Assembly: GCA_002238785.1 (NCBI GenBank)
Contig: MPNA01000009.1
Span: forward strand, 8,189-72,188
Source: a bacterium OM1 bin76
GTDB lineage: Bacteria; Actinomycetota; Acidimicrobiia; Spongiisociales; ZC4RG35
Direction: 5' to 3'
Length of the DNA stretch: 64,000 nucleotides
The position numbers and the translations under genes are program-made. Below the pieces are notes generated by a model. It saw nothing but the letters and a program-made list of their open reading frames with translations, did not search any database and was not told the DNA's origin. The stretch's first letter is position 1; each line of letters opens with the position of its first letter. Positions 29,147-38,352 of this stretch are shown here, piece after piece.

Positions 29147-29200
29147 AGAGTCCCGCCGTTCCGCACAACTTGTCCAAGCCACCTGGCCCCGTACTCGGAT

Positions 29201-29410
29201 AAACCACAGGCCGGAGTCTGGGGATACCCTTGCTCCGGCCTGCAGCGTATCGGTTGGCTGTCCTTACTCTCCGTTCTGCGAGGTGGCGATCGGAATCTTG
29301 CGGGGCCGAGATGAGGCCGCCACCGGGATGGTGAGAGTCAGGACTCCATTGGTATAGGAACTGGTCGTCTCGGAGATGTCGAGATCATTGCCGATCACGA
29401 ACTTGCGGCG
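29201..29410. repeat. Direct repeat copy 2 (hsp20 3' end plus terminator hairpin at 29207-29242)
   Basis: See copy 1. This copy is continuous with the intact hsp20 gene. Confidence 0.85.
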
Positions 29411-29653
29411 GAAGGAGCCGCTGGGGCGCTCCACGAAGAACACCCGGGCATCCTCGGGACGCTCCCCGGCAGTGTCCCGCTGGGCAGAGACGGTGAGGGT
29501 GTTCTTCGACACCTCCACATCGATGAACTCGGGGTCCATTCCCGGCATGTCAAGGGTCACCACGAAGTTGTCGTCCACCAGGTAGACCTCGGCGGGCAGG
29601 GTGTTGGAGACCGCCGAAGGGAACTCGAAGAGCGGATTGATCCTGGCCATCAT
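29264..29653 (-). CDS. Hsp20/alpha-crystallin family small heat-shock protein
   Basis: Alpha-crystallin domain (VYLVDDNFVVTLDMPGMDPEFIDVEV ... GVLTLTIP). ATGATG start. Confidence 0.85.
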   Translation of the reverse strand: MMARINPLFEFPSAVSNTLPAEVYLVDDNFVVTLDMPGMDPEFIDVEVSKNTLTVSAQRDTAGERPEDARVFFVERPSGSFRRKFVIGNDLDISETTSSYTNGVLTLTIPVAASSRPRKIPIATSQNGE

Positions 29654-29926
29654 TGGCGCTGTTCCTTTCTGTTGATGATATGAATATCAGATTACGTCCT
29701 ATATAACCCATAGATAATCTGATATATTCCCACTCAGATATAGGGTTACGCCAGTCCCCTGGTTGTCATCAGGTCTTCCCACTCCATCTCTTTTGCTGCA
29801 TCCCGGCTCAGCAAAAATACCTACCTCAAGACCGGATCAGGCCTGGTCACGCCGGTAGGATGCCAAGGAAAGCACAACCATCACAGCAAAACCAAAGGGG
29901 AAAGGTCAGCGGGAAAGGAAGGGGTC
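29654..29926. promoter_or_regulatory. AT-rich divergent promoter/operator region with inverted repeats (gaatatcagatta ... taatctgatatattc)
   Basis: It stands out against the about 67% GC background. It lies between hsp20 (-) and a hypothetical gene (+). The inverted repeat does not match the HAIR or CIRCE consensus. Confidence 0.45.
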
Positions 29927-31129
29927 TTGCCACTCGCCACGCGATTCGAAGAACTGATTGAAGCGGTAGAGGCGGGGGACTCTGGCCGGTGCCGTCTGAT
30001 CGCTGACCTGCTCAAGGCCGAGTATGTCATAGTCCACGACGGACTACGTAATGCCGTGGCTCGTACGCTGGCAGAGGGCATTGAGATCGCCGGCCCTAAA
30101 GAGGGGGAGGCTATCGGGCGACGGGTGGTGCTGGACCTGATGGGCGATGGGGAGATACCCCAGTATTCCCAGGGTCCCATAATGCAACGGCTGAACAACA
30201 TCGCGGCGGGGTGGCATTGGCACGCCACCCAGTTCGAGTTGGTGGAGGAACCGGAGCGGTTTACGTTCATCCTGGGTCCGTGTGGGAGCGGGATGCGTTT
30301 GATCCAGGAAGGCGCCTATAAAGGAGGTAGGGCGCTGCCGCTCTCGGTGCGTCCCACCCTGTCGACCTTCATGTCATCGGACTATCCGAGCTACTGCAAT
30401 CACTGCTCGGAGATGGGCCATGCCGCTCTCCGATTCAACAAAGCCGTTTTCATCGTGGAGGGATGGACGCCTCTTCGGGAGCAGGGCATTTGCCTGCAGC
30501 ACACCTACAAGGACGGTCATCTCCCGCCCGATGAGTTCTATCACCGCGCCGATCTGCCGGCGCCCGATCGGGACCGTCTGGAGTTGAAGGTCGCCGATCC
30601 GAAACGGTGGTTAACGGACGAACAACTGGTGTGGATAGCCACCCATCCTCTCGACCGCTTGATCCAACTAGTGGAAAGTGGGGACCGAGAGCAGGCGAGG
30701 GAATTGGTTGACGAATGCTTGTTCGGATGGAAAGAGGCCATCCATGATGTCTATCGCTTCTGGCTGGCGCTGTTGTGGATCGAGATGCGGGATTCTCTCG
30801 GTCGCCAGGTGATGGAAGACATTGTCAGAAGCTCCGGTTACGAGTTGTTGGCGGTCTTGGATCCCCGCGTGACCCCGGATCCGGGAGCCGCCTGGAAGGA
30901 ATACTGGCGCTGCCATCTACGGCTTAACGACTTTGAAGTCGGTGGGGGGATGGGCGTCTACCGCAACGCGGTTGAGGCTCTGGTGGATCCTTGTTTGGGT
31001 GAGGCGGGTGAGGATGCTGAGGCTCTGGTGGGTCTGATCAGTGAGGGGATCGAGGGTAACGGGCGCGATCTCGGCCGGGTGTTCATCGATAGTGGCGAAC
31101 TCGTACACGAGGTCCGGTTGGCTCTGTGA
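29927..31129 (+). CDS. Hypothetical protein (Cys/His-containing; no family recognised)
   Basis: 400-aa ORF with protein-like composition (CGSGMRL ... YCNHCSEMGH). Putative TTG start preceded by ggaaaggaagggg. Confidence 0.45.
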   Translation: MPLATRFEELIEAVEAGDSGRCRLIADLLKAEYVIVHDGLRNAVARTLAEGIEIAGPKEGEAIGRRVVLDLMGDGEIPQYSQGPIMQRLNNIAAGWHWHATQFELVEEPERFTFILGPCGSGMRLIQEGAYKGGRALPLSVRPTLSTFMSSDYPSYCNHCSEMGHAALRFNKAVFIVEGWTPLREQGICLQHTYKDGHLPPDEFYHRADLPAPDRDRLELKVADPKRWLTDEQLVWIATHPLDRLIQLVESGDREQARELVDECLFGWKEAIHDVYRFWLALLWIEMRDSLGRQVMEDIVRSSGYELLAVLDPRVTPDPGAAWKEYWRCHLRLNDFEVGGGMGVYRNAVEALVDPCLGEAGEDAEALVGLISEGIEGNGRDLGRVFIDSGELVHEVRLAL

Positions 31130-32148
31130 CCTCCCGTCGGCTGGGAATCGGCCTGGTAGGCGCCGGTGAAATCGCCCGGGCAGCGCACCTGCCCGCGTAC
31201 CGCAACAACCCGGATGTCGTGGAACTTCGCGGGGTATTCGATGTTGATACCCGAAAGTGCCGTTCACTGGCACAGGAGGCGGGGGTAGCGGCGACGGAGG
31301 TCATGCAAGGTTTGTTGGAGGACCCTGAAGTAGACCTGATAGACATTGCGGTACCTCCCGGGCGACAGCCTGGTATTGTGATGGCCGCACTGCAGGCGGG
31401 AAAGCATGTTCTTGCCCAGAAGCCACTGGCGACGGACATCGGCGCCGCCGCCCGGTTGGTTGAAATGGCTGATGCCTGTGGAAGGGTGCTGGCGGTCAAC
31501 CAGCAGATGAGATGGGCGCCGGCGATCCTGGACTTTCAGCGGTTTGCCGAAGGCCGGTCGGTGCAGACGGTTGCGTTCGATCTGGTGTGGCCGATCGAAA
31601 GAGGGGACGGGCTGCCGGATTGGCTGACGAACGCGCCGCGTTTTGCCGGTCTGTTCAATACCATCCATTTTCTGGACGCCTGCCGCGCCCTGTTCGGAGA
31701 GCCCGAAGAAGTCCGGGCTTGGGTGGGCCCCAGCGACATTCCGGGGATTGCCGGCGAGTCGGCCCTGTACGCCATTGTGAGGTTTTCCCACCTGTCAGTG
31801 GCGATCCGGGACTCCCGGCGACGGGAGGGTAGGCCCACGGCCTCGCTGCGGGCTGTGGCCGCCGACGGACTCTTCTTCGCCCATCTGGGAATCTGGGACG
31901 CCTACCCGAATCCGAGTCCCGACTTCCTGGTTGAGACAGTGTCGGGTTCGGGACCCACGCTGGTCCGGACCGCGGATTCGTGGGTGCCGGACGCCTTCTC
32001 CAAGGCCTTGCGTCATGTGGCGGAGGCCATCGGCGTCGGCAGGCAACCGCTCATATCAGGGCGGGACAATCTCTTGACGTTGCGTCTGGTGGACGCCTGC
32101 TACGAATCGGCCGAACATCACGGGAGGCCCATCGCCCTTACGGGTTGA
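31126..32148 (+). CDS. Gfo/Idh/MocA-family NAD(P)-dependent oxidoreductase
   Basis: N-terminal Rossmann IGLVGAGEIARAAHLPAY plus a GFO_IDH_MocA C-terminal domain. Confidence 0.8.
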   Translation: MTSRRLGIGLVGAGEIARAAHLPAYRNNPDVVELRGVFDVDTRKCRSLAQEAGVAATEVMQGLLEDPEVDLIDIAVPPGRQPGIVMAALQAGKHVLAQKPLATDIGAAARLVEMADACGRVLAVNQQMRWAPAILDFQRFAEGRSVQTVAFDLVWPIERGDGLPDWLTNAPRFAGLFNTIHFLDACRALFGEPEEVRAWVGPSDIPGIAGESALYAIVRFSHLSVAIRDSRRREGRPTASLRAVAADGLFFAHLGIWDAYPNPSPDFLVETVSGSGPTLVRTADSWVPDAFSKALRHVAEAIGVGRQPLISGRDNLLTLRLVDACYESAEHHGRPIALTG

Positions 32149-32175
32149 CCGCCCACGGCCCACCGGTGTGGCAGA

Positions 32176-33024
32176 TTACAGCATGGAGGGCAAATCTTCT
32201 CCCTTGAGGGATTTGAGGAGTTGTCTCGATTCCTCGGTGACATCGATCTGGTCGCATCCCCACTTCTCCATCCAAACATATTCGGTGCCAAGCCACCCCT
32301 GGTAGGAAGCTTGGTCGAGCGCGGATAGGATCGGCGCGAAATCTATCTGGTTGTGCTTCAGCCGCACCTGGACCTTGTCACGGCTGCCGGGGCGAAACTG
32401 GATGTGTCGGGTGCGGGATGCAAATGAGGCGATCTCTTCGACACTCATCCCGCAGAAGAACATCATCGAGACGTCCAGGGTGAGGCTCAGCCCGTCCACT
32501 GCGTCCAACAGATCGCCCACCCTTTCAGCGGTATCGATCAGTGATCCCCAATGCGGTTCAACTGATAACTCAAGCCCATTGAAGGACGCGATCTCGACGC
32601 GGGCGCGAAGAGCCTTGGAGGTTCTGAGCAGGGCCTGCTGGTGGGTATCCCCTTCGTGTACCACCCCTGGGCAGATAGTCAAACCAGGCGCCTTCAGGCG
32701 GCGGGCAAAGAGAGCCGCTATTTCGAAGATCCTGATTGCTTCAGACTGCATCTGGGGGTCGGGATGAGATGCGGTCAGACAGGATAGATCAACGCTTGGG
32801 ACGAGAAACACGTCGGCGCATTGCAGGCCCATATTGTTGAGATCCCGATTAATCCTGGCGGACTTCTCCCGCCAGTGCTTCAGGTCTGAGACTTTGGTAT
32901 GGGTGACTTCTTCGAAGATCCCAATGTCTATTCCTGAATAACCCAAGTCACTGGCCACCGCCATTACGGTCCGGTGCTGCAGCGACGGCCATCCGTAGTC
33001 AGCGCAGGAATATCTGTTTTTCAT
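32176..33024 (-). CDS. Sugar phosphate isomerase/epimerase (xylose isomerase-like TIM barrel)
   Basis: AP_endonuc_2/xylose-isomerase-like TIM barrel features. ATG at 33024 (MKNRYSCADYGWP...). Confidence 0.7.
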   Translation of the reverse strand: MKNRYSCADYGWPSLQHRTVMAVASDLGYSGIDIGIFEEVTHTKVSDLKHWREKSARINRDLNNMGLQCADVFLVPSVDLSCLTASHPDPQMQSEAIRIFEIAALFARRLKAPGLTICPGVVHEGDTHQQALLRTSKALRARVEIASFNGLELSVEPHWGSLIDTAERVGDLLDAVDGLSLTLDVSMMFFCGMSVEEIASFASRTRHIQFRPGSRDKVQVRLKHNQIDFAPILSALDQASYQGWLGTEYVWMEKWGCDQIDVTEESRQLLKSLKGEDLPSML

Positions 33025-33148
33025 GCCCGAAACCCACGGTAGCAGGGTTTTTTCACTAAGCGGTTGTCCAGAAATTATACGACTTTGCCCCCTGATCGCC
33101 CGAATAGGCAGCAATAATGAACACAAGTCCGTTTAGAAGGGAGAAAAT

Positions 33149-34378
33149 ATGTTACAAGTTACACGCGTCTTTGTCGCAACGGTGTTGGCGTTGGTGATTG
33201 CAGCCTGCGGCGACGGGGACACCGAAGATGCTGCCGAAACCACGGCGGCACCGACCACCACGGCGGCGCCGGCTACCACCGCAGCACCCGAAACGACTGC
33301 CGCACCCGAAACGACTGCCGCTCCGGCGGGAGGGCTGGGAGCAGTGATCATGGAGTTGCCCACCACCATTTCCAACGCCGAGCAGGCGGCGGAGGCCACC
33401 TGGGTCGTCTGGGACGAGGACAGCTGTTCGTTCGTCGAGACCGATGACCACCCTGACTTCTATCAGGCAGTGCTCCGCGAGGCCGGAGATTCCGGCTACC
33501 GGTTCGCCTGGACTCCCGAGGACAACGTCTTCGACACGTTGATCGTGGCGAATGAGAGTTTCCGGGTTGCTGCCGCTGCTTCGGGTGCCGACGTAACGGA
33601 GTTCGACAACCAGTATCCCAGCGAGGAGCAGCCTTTGGTCGTTGCCGACCTGGTCGTCCAGCACGACCCGGATGTGGTCCTGTCGATGAACGTTCTCGCC
33701 AACCTGAACCCAGCAATCATGAGCCAATACAAAGAGGCCTGTATCCCGGCCGTAGCCCACTCTGTCCCGCATGAGGGCCAGCCCTTCTTCGGAGGTGGCG
33801 AGTGGTACGCCGTTGGTCGTGCGCAGGCTGAATACTTGATTGCGGTGGCGGAAGGCCGGGGTTGGACGACAGGTGACGTTGATGTCCTTCTTTGCTCCCA
33901 CTCCGCTTTCGTCCAGGATCGGACCAGTCCCTACGCATCCATCATCGGATTCCGTGAGGTGGTCAAGGAATCGTTCGATGTTGGCGATGACAACATCCAC
34001 GAACTCGAGTGTCCTTCCGATATTGTGACCGACCAGGCCAACGTGGCTGACTGGTTGACAGCTCATCCCGATACCCAGAACATCATGGGCTTTGGCATCA
34101 ACGACCTGAGGACCCTGGGCATGGTGAACGCCCTCCGCGAGTCGGGTCGGGCCGAGACATCGATTGCCGGCGGTGTGGGACTCTCCCAAGAGTCGGTTGG
34201 TCCGTTGTGCGCCAACGACCCCACGTTCCTCACCTCGGTGGACTTCGTTCCCCAACTGTGGGGTGAGTACGGTATCGCCATCGCCCAGGATATTGCAGAA
34301 GGGAATCCGATTCCGTCTGAGATCTACCCTCAAGCCACGGTGGTGGACGCGGAGACCATCGACCAAGCGACGTGCTGA
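33149..34378 (+). CDS. Sugar (ribose/inositol-type) ABC transporter substrate-binding lipoprotein
   Basis: Lipoprotein signal (VIAACGDG). Thr/Ala/Pro linker with a tandem 18-bp repeat (ETTAAP x2). Periplasmic binding protein type-1 fold. Confidence 0.7.
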   Translation: MLQVTRVFVATVLALVIAACGDGDTEDAAETTAAPTTTAAPATTAAPETTAAPETTAAPAGGLGAVIMELPTTISNAEQAAEATWVVWDEDSCSFVETDDHPDFYQAVLREAGDSGYRFAWTPEDNVFDTLIVANESFRVAAAASGADVTEFDNQYPSEEQPLVVADLVVQHDPDVVLSMNVLANLNPAIMSQYKEACIPAVAHSVPHEGQPFFGGGEWYAVGRAQAEYLIAVAEGRGWTTGDVDVLLCSHSAFVQDRTSPYASIIGFREVVKESFDVGDDNIHELECPSDIVTDQANVADWLTAHPDTQNIMGFGINDLRTLGMVNALRESGRAETSIAGGVGLSQESVGPLCANDPTFLTSVDFVPQLWGEYGIAIAQDIAEGNPIPSEIYPQATVVDAETIDQATC

Positions 34379-34403
34379 TAGTGATTAAGGGTCTTATCAA
34401 CCT

Positions 34404-35432
34404 GTGATAGGCAAGAAGCCACATTCAGGTGGCCCTAGCCGTAGGATCCGAGCGAACGTCGGCGGAAGTCGGCGTTCGCTCGGACTCGCCCTGGCGATCG
34501 TGGCCATCAGCATCGTCATGACCATGGTCAGCCCGTACTTCTTCGCGGCAGGCAACTTCCTGAACGTAGCCCGGGCGGTGGCGATCACCGGGATCGTGGC
34601 GGCAGTCTCCACCCCGATGCTGATCTCCGGCAACGTCGATCTGTCGGTGGCAGCCACGATGGGCCTCTCGGGGATGACTGCCGGGGCGCTTTTGGTCCAG
34701 GAACTCCCGGTGCCGGTGGCGATTCTCGGGGCCTTGGTAGTTGGCCTGCTCATGGGGTTTGTCAACGCGGTGATCGTTGTGAAGTTCCAGGTCAACTCGC
34801 TGATTGCAACAATCGGCACGGCCTTTATCGCCAGGGGTGTGGCGTTCCTGGTAAACAGTGGAAGATCGATATTCATCCCTGCCGAGTCCTATGTGAATCT
34901 CGGCCAGGGGTCGGCGCTGGGGATTCCGAAACCTGTTTTCTATACGGTGGTGGTCTTTGTCCTGATCGGCTTCGTGATGCGATATACCAAAGTGGGCGCC
35001 CACATCTATGCGGTGGGCAGCAGTCCCGAAGCGGCGCGTCGGGCCGGGATCAGCGTACCGAAGATCACCTGGGGCGTCTTCCTGGCGTCAGGGTTTTTCT
35101 CGGCGCTGGCCGGGGTGGTTCTCACCAGCCAAGCCGGATCGGCCTTTCCCTACGGGGGCCAGGGTAGGGAACTGGAGATCATCGCGGCGGTGATTGTGGG
35201 CGGAACGGCTCTGACCGGAGGTCGGGGTTCGATCACCGGCACGATTCTGGGGGTGGTGCTGTTGGGTATTATCGCAAACTCCCTCAACCTGGTCGGACTT
35301 CCTGTGCCTTACCAGGACATCTCGAGAGGCTTGCTGCTGGTCGCAGCGGTGGCCACCGATCAACTGTCCGGACGGACGCTGGGAGGAAGGGGCGTCTTCC
35401 GGGGACTTCGTGCGGGAACGGAGGAATCCTGA
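34404..35432 (+). CDS. ABC transporter permease (BPD_transp_2, ribose/xylose type)
   Basis: GTG start. About 9-10 TM helices. Conserved motifs (GNVDLSVAATMGLSGM). Confidence 0.8.
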   Translation: MIGKKPHSGGPSRRIRANVGGSRRSLGLALAIVAISIVMTMVSPYFFAAGNFLNVARAVAITGIVAAVSTPMLISGNVDLSVAATMGLSGMTAGALLVQELPVPVAILGALVVGLLMGFVNAVIVVKFQVNSLIATIGTAFIARGVAFLVNSGRSIFIPAESYVNLGQGSALGIPKPVFYTVVVFVLIGFVMRYTKVGAHIYAVGSSPEAARRAGISVPKITWGVFLASGFFSALAGVVLTSQAGSAFPYGGQGRELEIIAAVIVGGTALTGGRGSITGTILGVVLLGIIANSLNLVGLPVPYQDISRGLLLVAAVATDQLSGRTLGGRGVFRGLRAGTEES

Positions 35433-36205
35433 TGTCGGTGAAAAAGGGCCGAGTGGTAATTGAAGGAATCGGTCTCAGTAAGTCCTACGGGCCGATCATC
35501 GCGCTTGACAACGTGGACATCGAAATCCGCGCGGGGGAGATAACGGCGTTGGTCGGTGACAACGGGGCAGGCAAATCAACACTGATCAAGATCCTGGCCG
35601 GGGCCGTCATCCCCGATGCGGGTGAGGTTCGGGTGAACGGTGAAAGGGTGGTGCTCAGGACCCCGGCCGACGCCCGGGATCTGGGTATCGAAACCATTTT
35701 TCAGGACTTGGCGCTGGCTCCGGATCGCGATGTGGTCACCAATCTGTTCCTGGGGAGGGAGGTGCTGAGGAAGGGGATGGCAGGAAAATTCGGCATGCTT
35801 GACAGAGGGGCGATGGAAGCCCAGGCTCTCACCCAAATAGATGCCCTGGGAGTCAACATTCCCCGATCCACAGGCGTTTCAATCGGGGAGATGTCAGGCG
35901 GACAGCAGCAGTCGGTAGCAGTCGCACGGGGGGCGTTCTGGGCGAAGACGGGCATGTTTATGGACGAGCCGACCGCTGCCCTGGGAGTGCGAGAGTCCTC
36001 ACGGGTGCTTCAGCTTGCCCGTCAAATCGCCCAGGGTGGGGTGGCGGTGGTGCTGATCAGCCACATCCTTCCGCATGTAATGGAATTGGCTGACCGGGTG
36101 GTCGTCCTGCGACACGGTCAGAAGGTGGCTGAACTCACCGAGGACATCTCCATGGACCGGTTGGTCACTCTGATTGTGGGGGTGGACGCAGACGACGCAA
36201 CATAG
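35432..36205 (+). CDS. ABC transporter ATP-binding protein (single NBD)
   Basis: Walker A GDNGAGKST, signature SGGQQQSVAVARG, Walker B MFMDEPTAAL. Confidence 0.85.
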   Translation: MSVKKGRVVIEGIGLSKSYGPIIALDNVDIEIRAGEITALVGDNGAGKSTLIKILAGAVIPDAGEVRVNGERVVLRTPADARDLGIETIFQDLALAPDRDVVTNLFLGREVLRKGMAGKFGMLDRGAMEAQALTQIDALGVNIPRSTGVSIGEMSGGQQQSVAVARGAFWAKTGMFMDEPTAALGVRESSRVLQLARQIAQGGVAVVLISHILPHVMELADRVVVLRHGQKVAELTEDISMDRLVTLIVGVDADDAT

Positions 36206-36300
36206 TGAAGCCGGTCCCTAGGAAGTACACCTACGGACATGGCGGTTGATCCGAGCCCTTTTGGAGGGTTGCATTTGTCAAAGCGTGGATGGAACCAGTT

Positions 36301-36876
36301 TCAGCGCGGGATGGTGGTGTGCTTGTACTCGTTGAGACGGTTCCAGGAGAGTAGTTGCAGAGCGCGGTCCAGGTCGTCCAGTCGGCCTCGCTCCATGAAC
36401 CGGATGAAGACCGCCTGGTCGCCGGTGATGAAGGTGGGCACTCCGAAGGCCATCCATTGGTCGACCGCCATCATGTGTTCTCCGGCGATCTTGCACAGCG
36501 GTTCCCCGGTGGAGACCACTTTGGCCACCTCGTCGGGGTCACACCCGGCGCTGGACACGGCGTCCGCCAGCACCTGGGTGTCCTTCAAATCGAGGCCGTG
36601 TTGATGGCGGGCCGCGAAAAGCGCCGAGTGGGCTTTCCCGAACAGTTCCGGCCAGTGGTCGCGAATCGCCACTCCCCATTGGAGAGCATCCAGGCCAGAC
36701 TGACCGGCGGGGTTGTACCACACCGCCGGATCGTCCTCCGAGGTGTGGGCCTGGGCGAGGGAGAAGGCCAGAAAGTCCACCTTCCAGGGTCGGCCCCCAG
36801 CCAGACCGGCAAGCACAGCCTCGTGGGCGTTCCAGGCGAAGGGACACAGATAGTCGAAAGTGACGCCGAACTTCAT
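36301..36876 (-). CDS. DsbA-like thioredoxin-fold protein (2-hydroxychromene-2-carboxylate isomerase / DSBA family)
   Basis: CPFAW active-site motif. gaggaggag RBS before the second ATG at 36876. Confidence 0.7.
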   Translation of the reverse strand: MKFGVTFDYLCPFAWNAHEAVLAGLAGGRPWKVDFLAFSLAQAHTSEDDPAVWYNPAGQSGLDALQWGVAIRDHWPELFGKAHSALFAARHQHGLDLKDTQVLADAVSSAGCDPDEVAKVVSTGEPLCKIAGEHMMAVDQWMAFGVPTFITGDQAVFIRFMERGRLDDLDRALQLLSWNRLNEYKHTTIPR

Positions 36877-36893
36877 CTGATTCTCCTCCTCAC

Positions 36894-38132
36894 TCAATCC
36901 CATACATAGGGCTCCGGCACGAATCCGGGCTTGAAACGCCCTATCTCGGCTCTCGCCACCGCCCGGCGGTGAACCTCGTCGGGACCGTCAGCCATCTGGA
37001 GCCAGCGGCCCAAGGTGTAGAAGGAGGCCAGTGGGTAGTCGTCCGTGAATCCCGCCGCGCCGAAGACCTGGATCGCCCGATCAGCGACATAGCACAGCAT
37101 CTCCGGTACGACTACTTTGATGGCCGAAATCTCCACCCGCGCCGATCTCACCCCAACCTTGTCGATCATCCAGGCCGTCTTCAGCACCAGCAACCGGGCC
37201 TGTTCAATTTTCATGCGGGCATCGGCGATCCATTCGCGGACCACCCCTTGCTGGGCTACGGTCTTCCGGAAGGCGGTCCGCGCCTTGGCGCGGCTCACCA
37301 TCATGGCAAAGCACCTCTCGGCGGCTCCGATGGCTCGCATGCAGTGGTGGATCCGTCCGGGTCCCAGCCGAGCTTGGGCGATGGCAAAACCGGATCCCTC
37401 GGTGCCCAACAGATTCTCGACCGGCACTCGCACCCGATCGAAGTGGATGGTGGCGTGACCTCCCCGATGCTGGTAGCCGTACACGGTTGGGGTGTGCTCG
37501 ACATGTACTCCGGGGATGTCCAGGGGAACCAGAATCATGCTCTGGCGGCGATAGGAATCGGCGTCGGGGTTAGTCACTCCCATCACGATGGCCACCTTGG
37601 CCCGCGAAGAAGCCCCTCCTGAGGAGAACCACTTCCGCCCTCTGATCACATAATGGTCGCCATCCCTCTCGATACGGGTTCTGATGTTGCGAGGGTCGCT
37701 TGAGGCCACGTCGGGCTCAGTCATGGAGATCACCGAGCGAATCTTGCCTTCCAGGAGGGGATGCAGCCAGCGTTCCTGCTGATAAGGCGTCCCGAACATG
37801 TGCAGTATCTCCATGTTGCCGGTGTCCGGCGCCGAGCAGTTGATGGCTTCAGGGGCGATTTCGGGACTGTGGCCGGTGATCTCTGCCAAGGGTGCGTATT
37901 CGAGGACCGACAAACCTCCACCATGGTCGGGATCGGGCAGGAACAGGTTCCAAAGCCCCTGGGAGCGGGCTTGCTCTTTGAGGTCCTCTATTACTTGCGG
38001 ATGATGATGGGGATCTCCGGAGTCTTTGATTTGTTGTTCATACAGGTGCTCGGAAGGGATGACCCGCTCCTCCACGAAGGTCTGGAGCTTTTGGCGGAGG
38101 GTCTCGACTTTGGGTGTGTAAGAGAAGTCCAT
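36894..38132 (-). CDS. Acyl-CoA dehydrogenase (ACAD10/11-like)
   Basis: ACAD N, middle and C domains (ISMTEPDVASSD, catalytic region QVFGAAGFTDDYPL). Confidence 0.8.
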   Translation of the reverse strand: MDFSYTPKVETLRQKLQTFVEERVIPSEHLYEQQIKDSGDPHHHPQVIEDLKEQARSQGLWNLFLPDPDHGGGLSVLEYAPLAEITGHSPEIAPEAINCSAPDTGNMEILHMFGTPYQQERWLHPLLEGKIRSVISMTEPDVASSDPRNIRTRIERDGDHYVIRGRKWFSSGGASSRAKVAIVMGVTNPDADSYRRQSMILVPLDIPGVHVEHTPTVYGYQHRGGHATIHFDRVRVPVENLLGTEGSGFAIAQARLGPGRIHHCMRAIGAAERCFAMMVSRAKARTAFRKTVAQQGVVREWIADARMKIEQARLLVLKTAWMIDKVGVRSARVEISAIKVVVPEMLCYVADRAIQVFGAAGFTDDYPLASFYTLGRWLQMADGPDEVHRRAVARAEIGRFKPGFVPEPYVWD

Positions 38133-38352
38133 ATCCCTGATACATTATCGGAAGTCCGGCGGGAGTCAACGCCTCTCACAGGCGGTGCTGTCGCCGATGT
38201 CATGGACTTGTGGGTGCGGTCCGGCCTGGCTGTCTCCGTGTGGCACCATGAACCGGAGCGGCCGATCCACTCACAGGCCAGCAAGCCCACCGACAGAACC
38301 TGTCCGAGAACCGGACCGGAAGCGTTCTGCCGGAACGAACCGCGGCCCGAGA

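Noticed and set aside
33230-33330. Tandem 18-bp repeats (ETTAAP x2), and a similar pair at 42470-42520, as possible VNTR or regulatory repeats
   Set aside because: Both lie inside Thr/Ala/Pro-rich linker segments of lipoprotein SBPs. This is ordinary coding low complexity.
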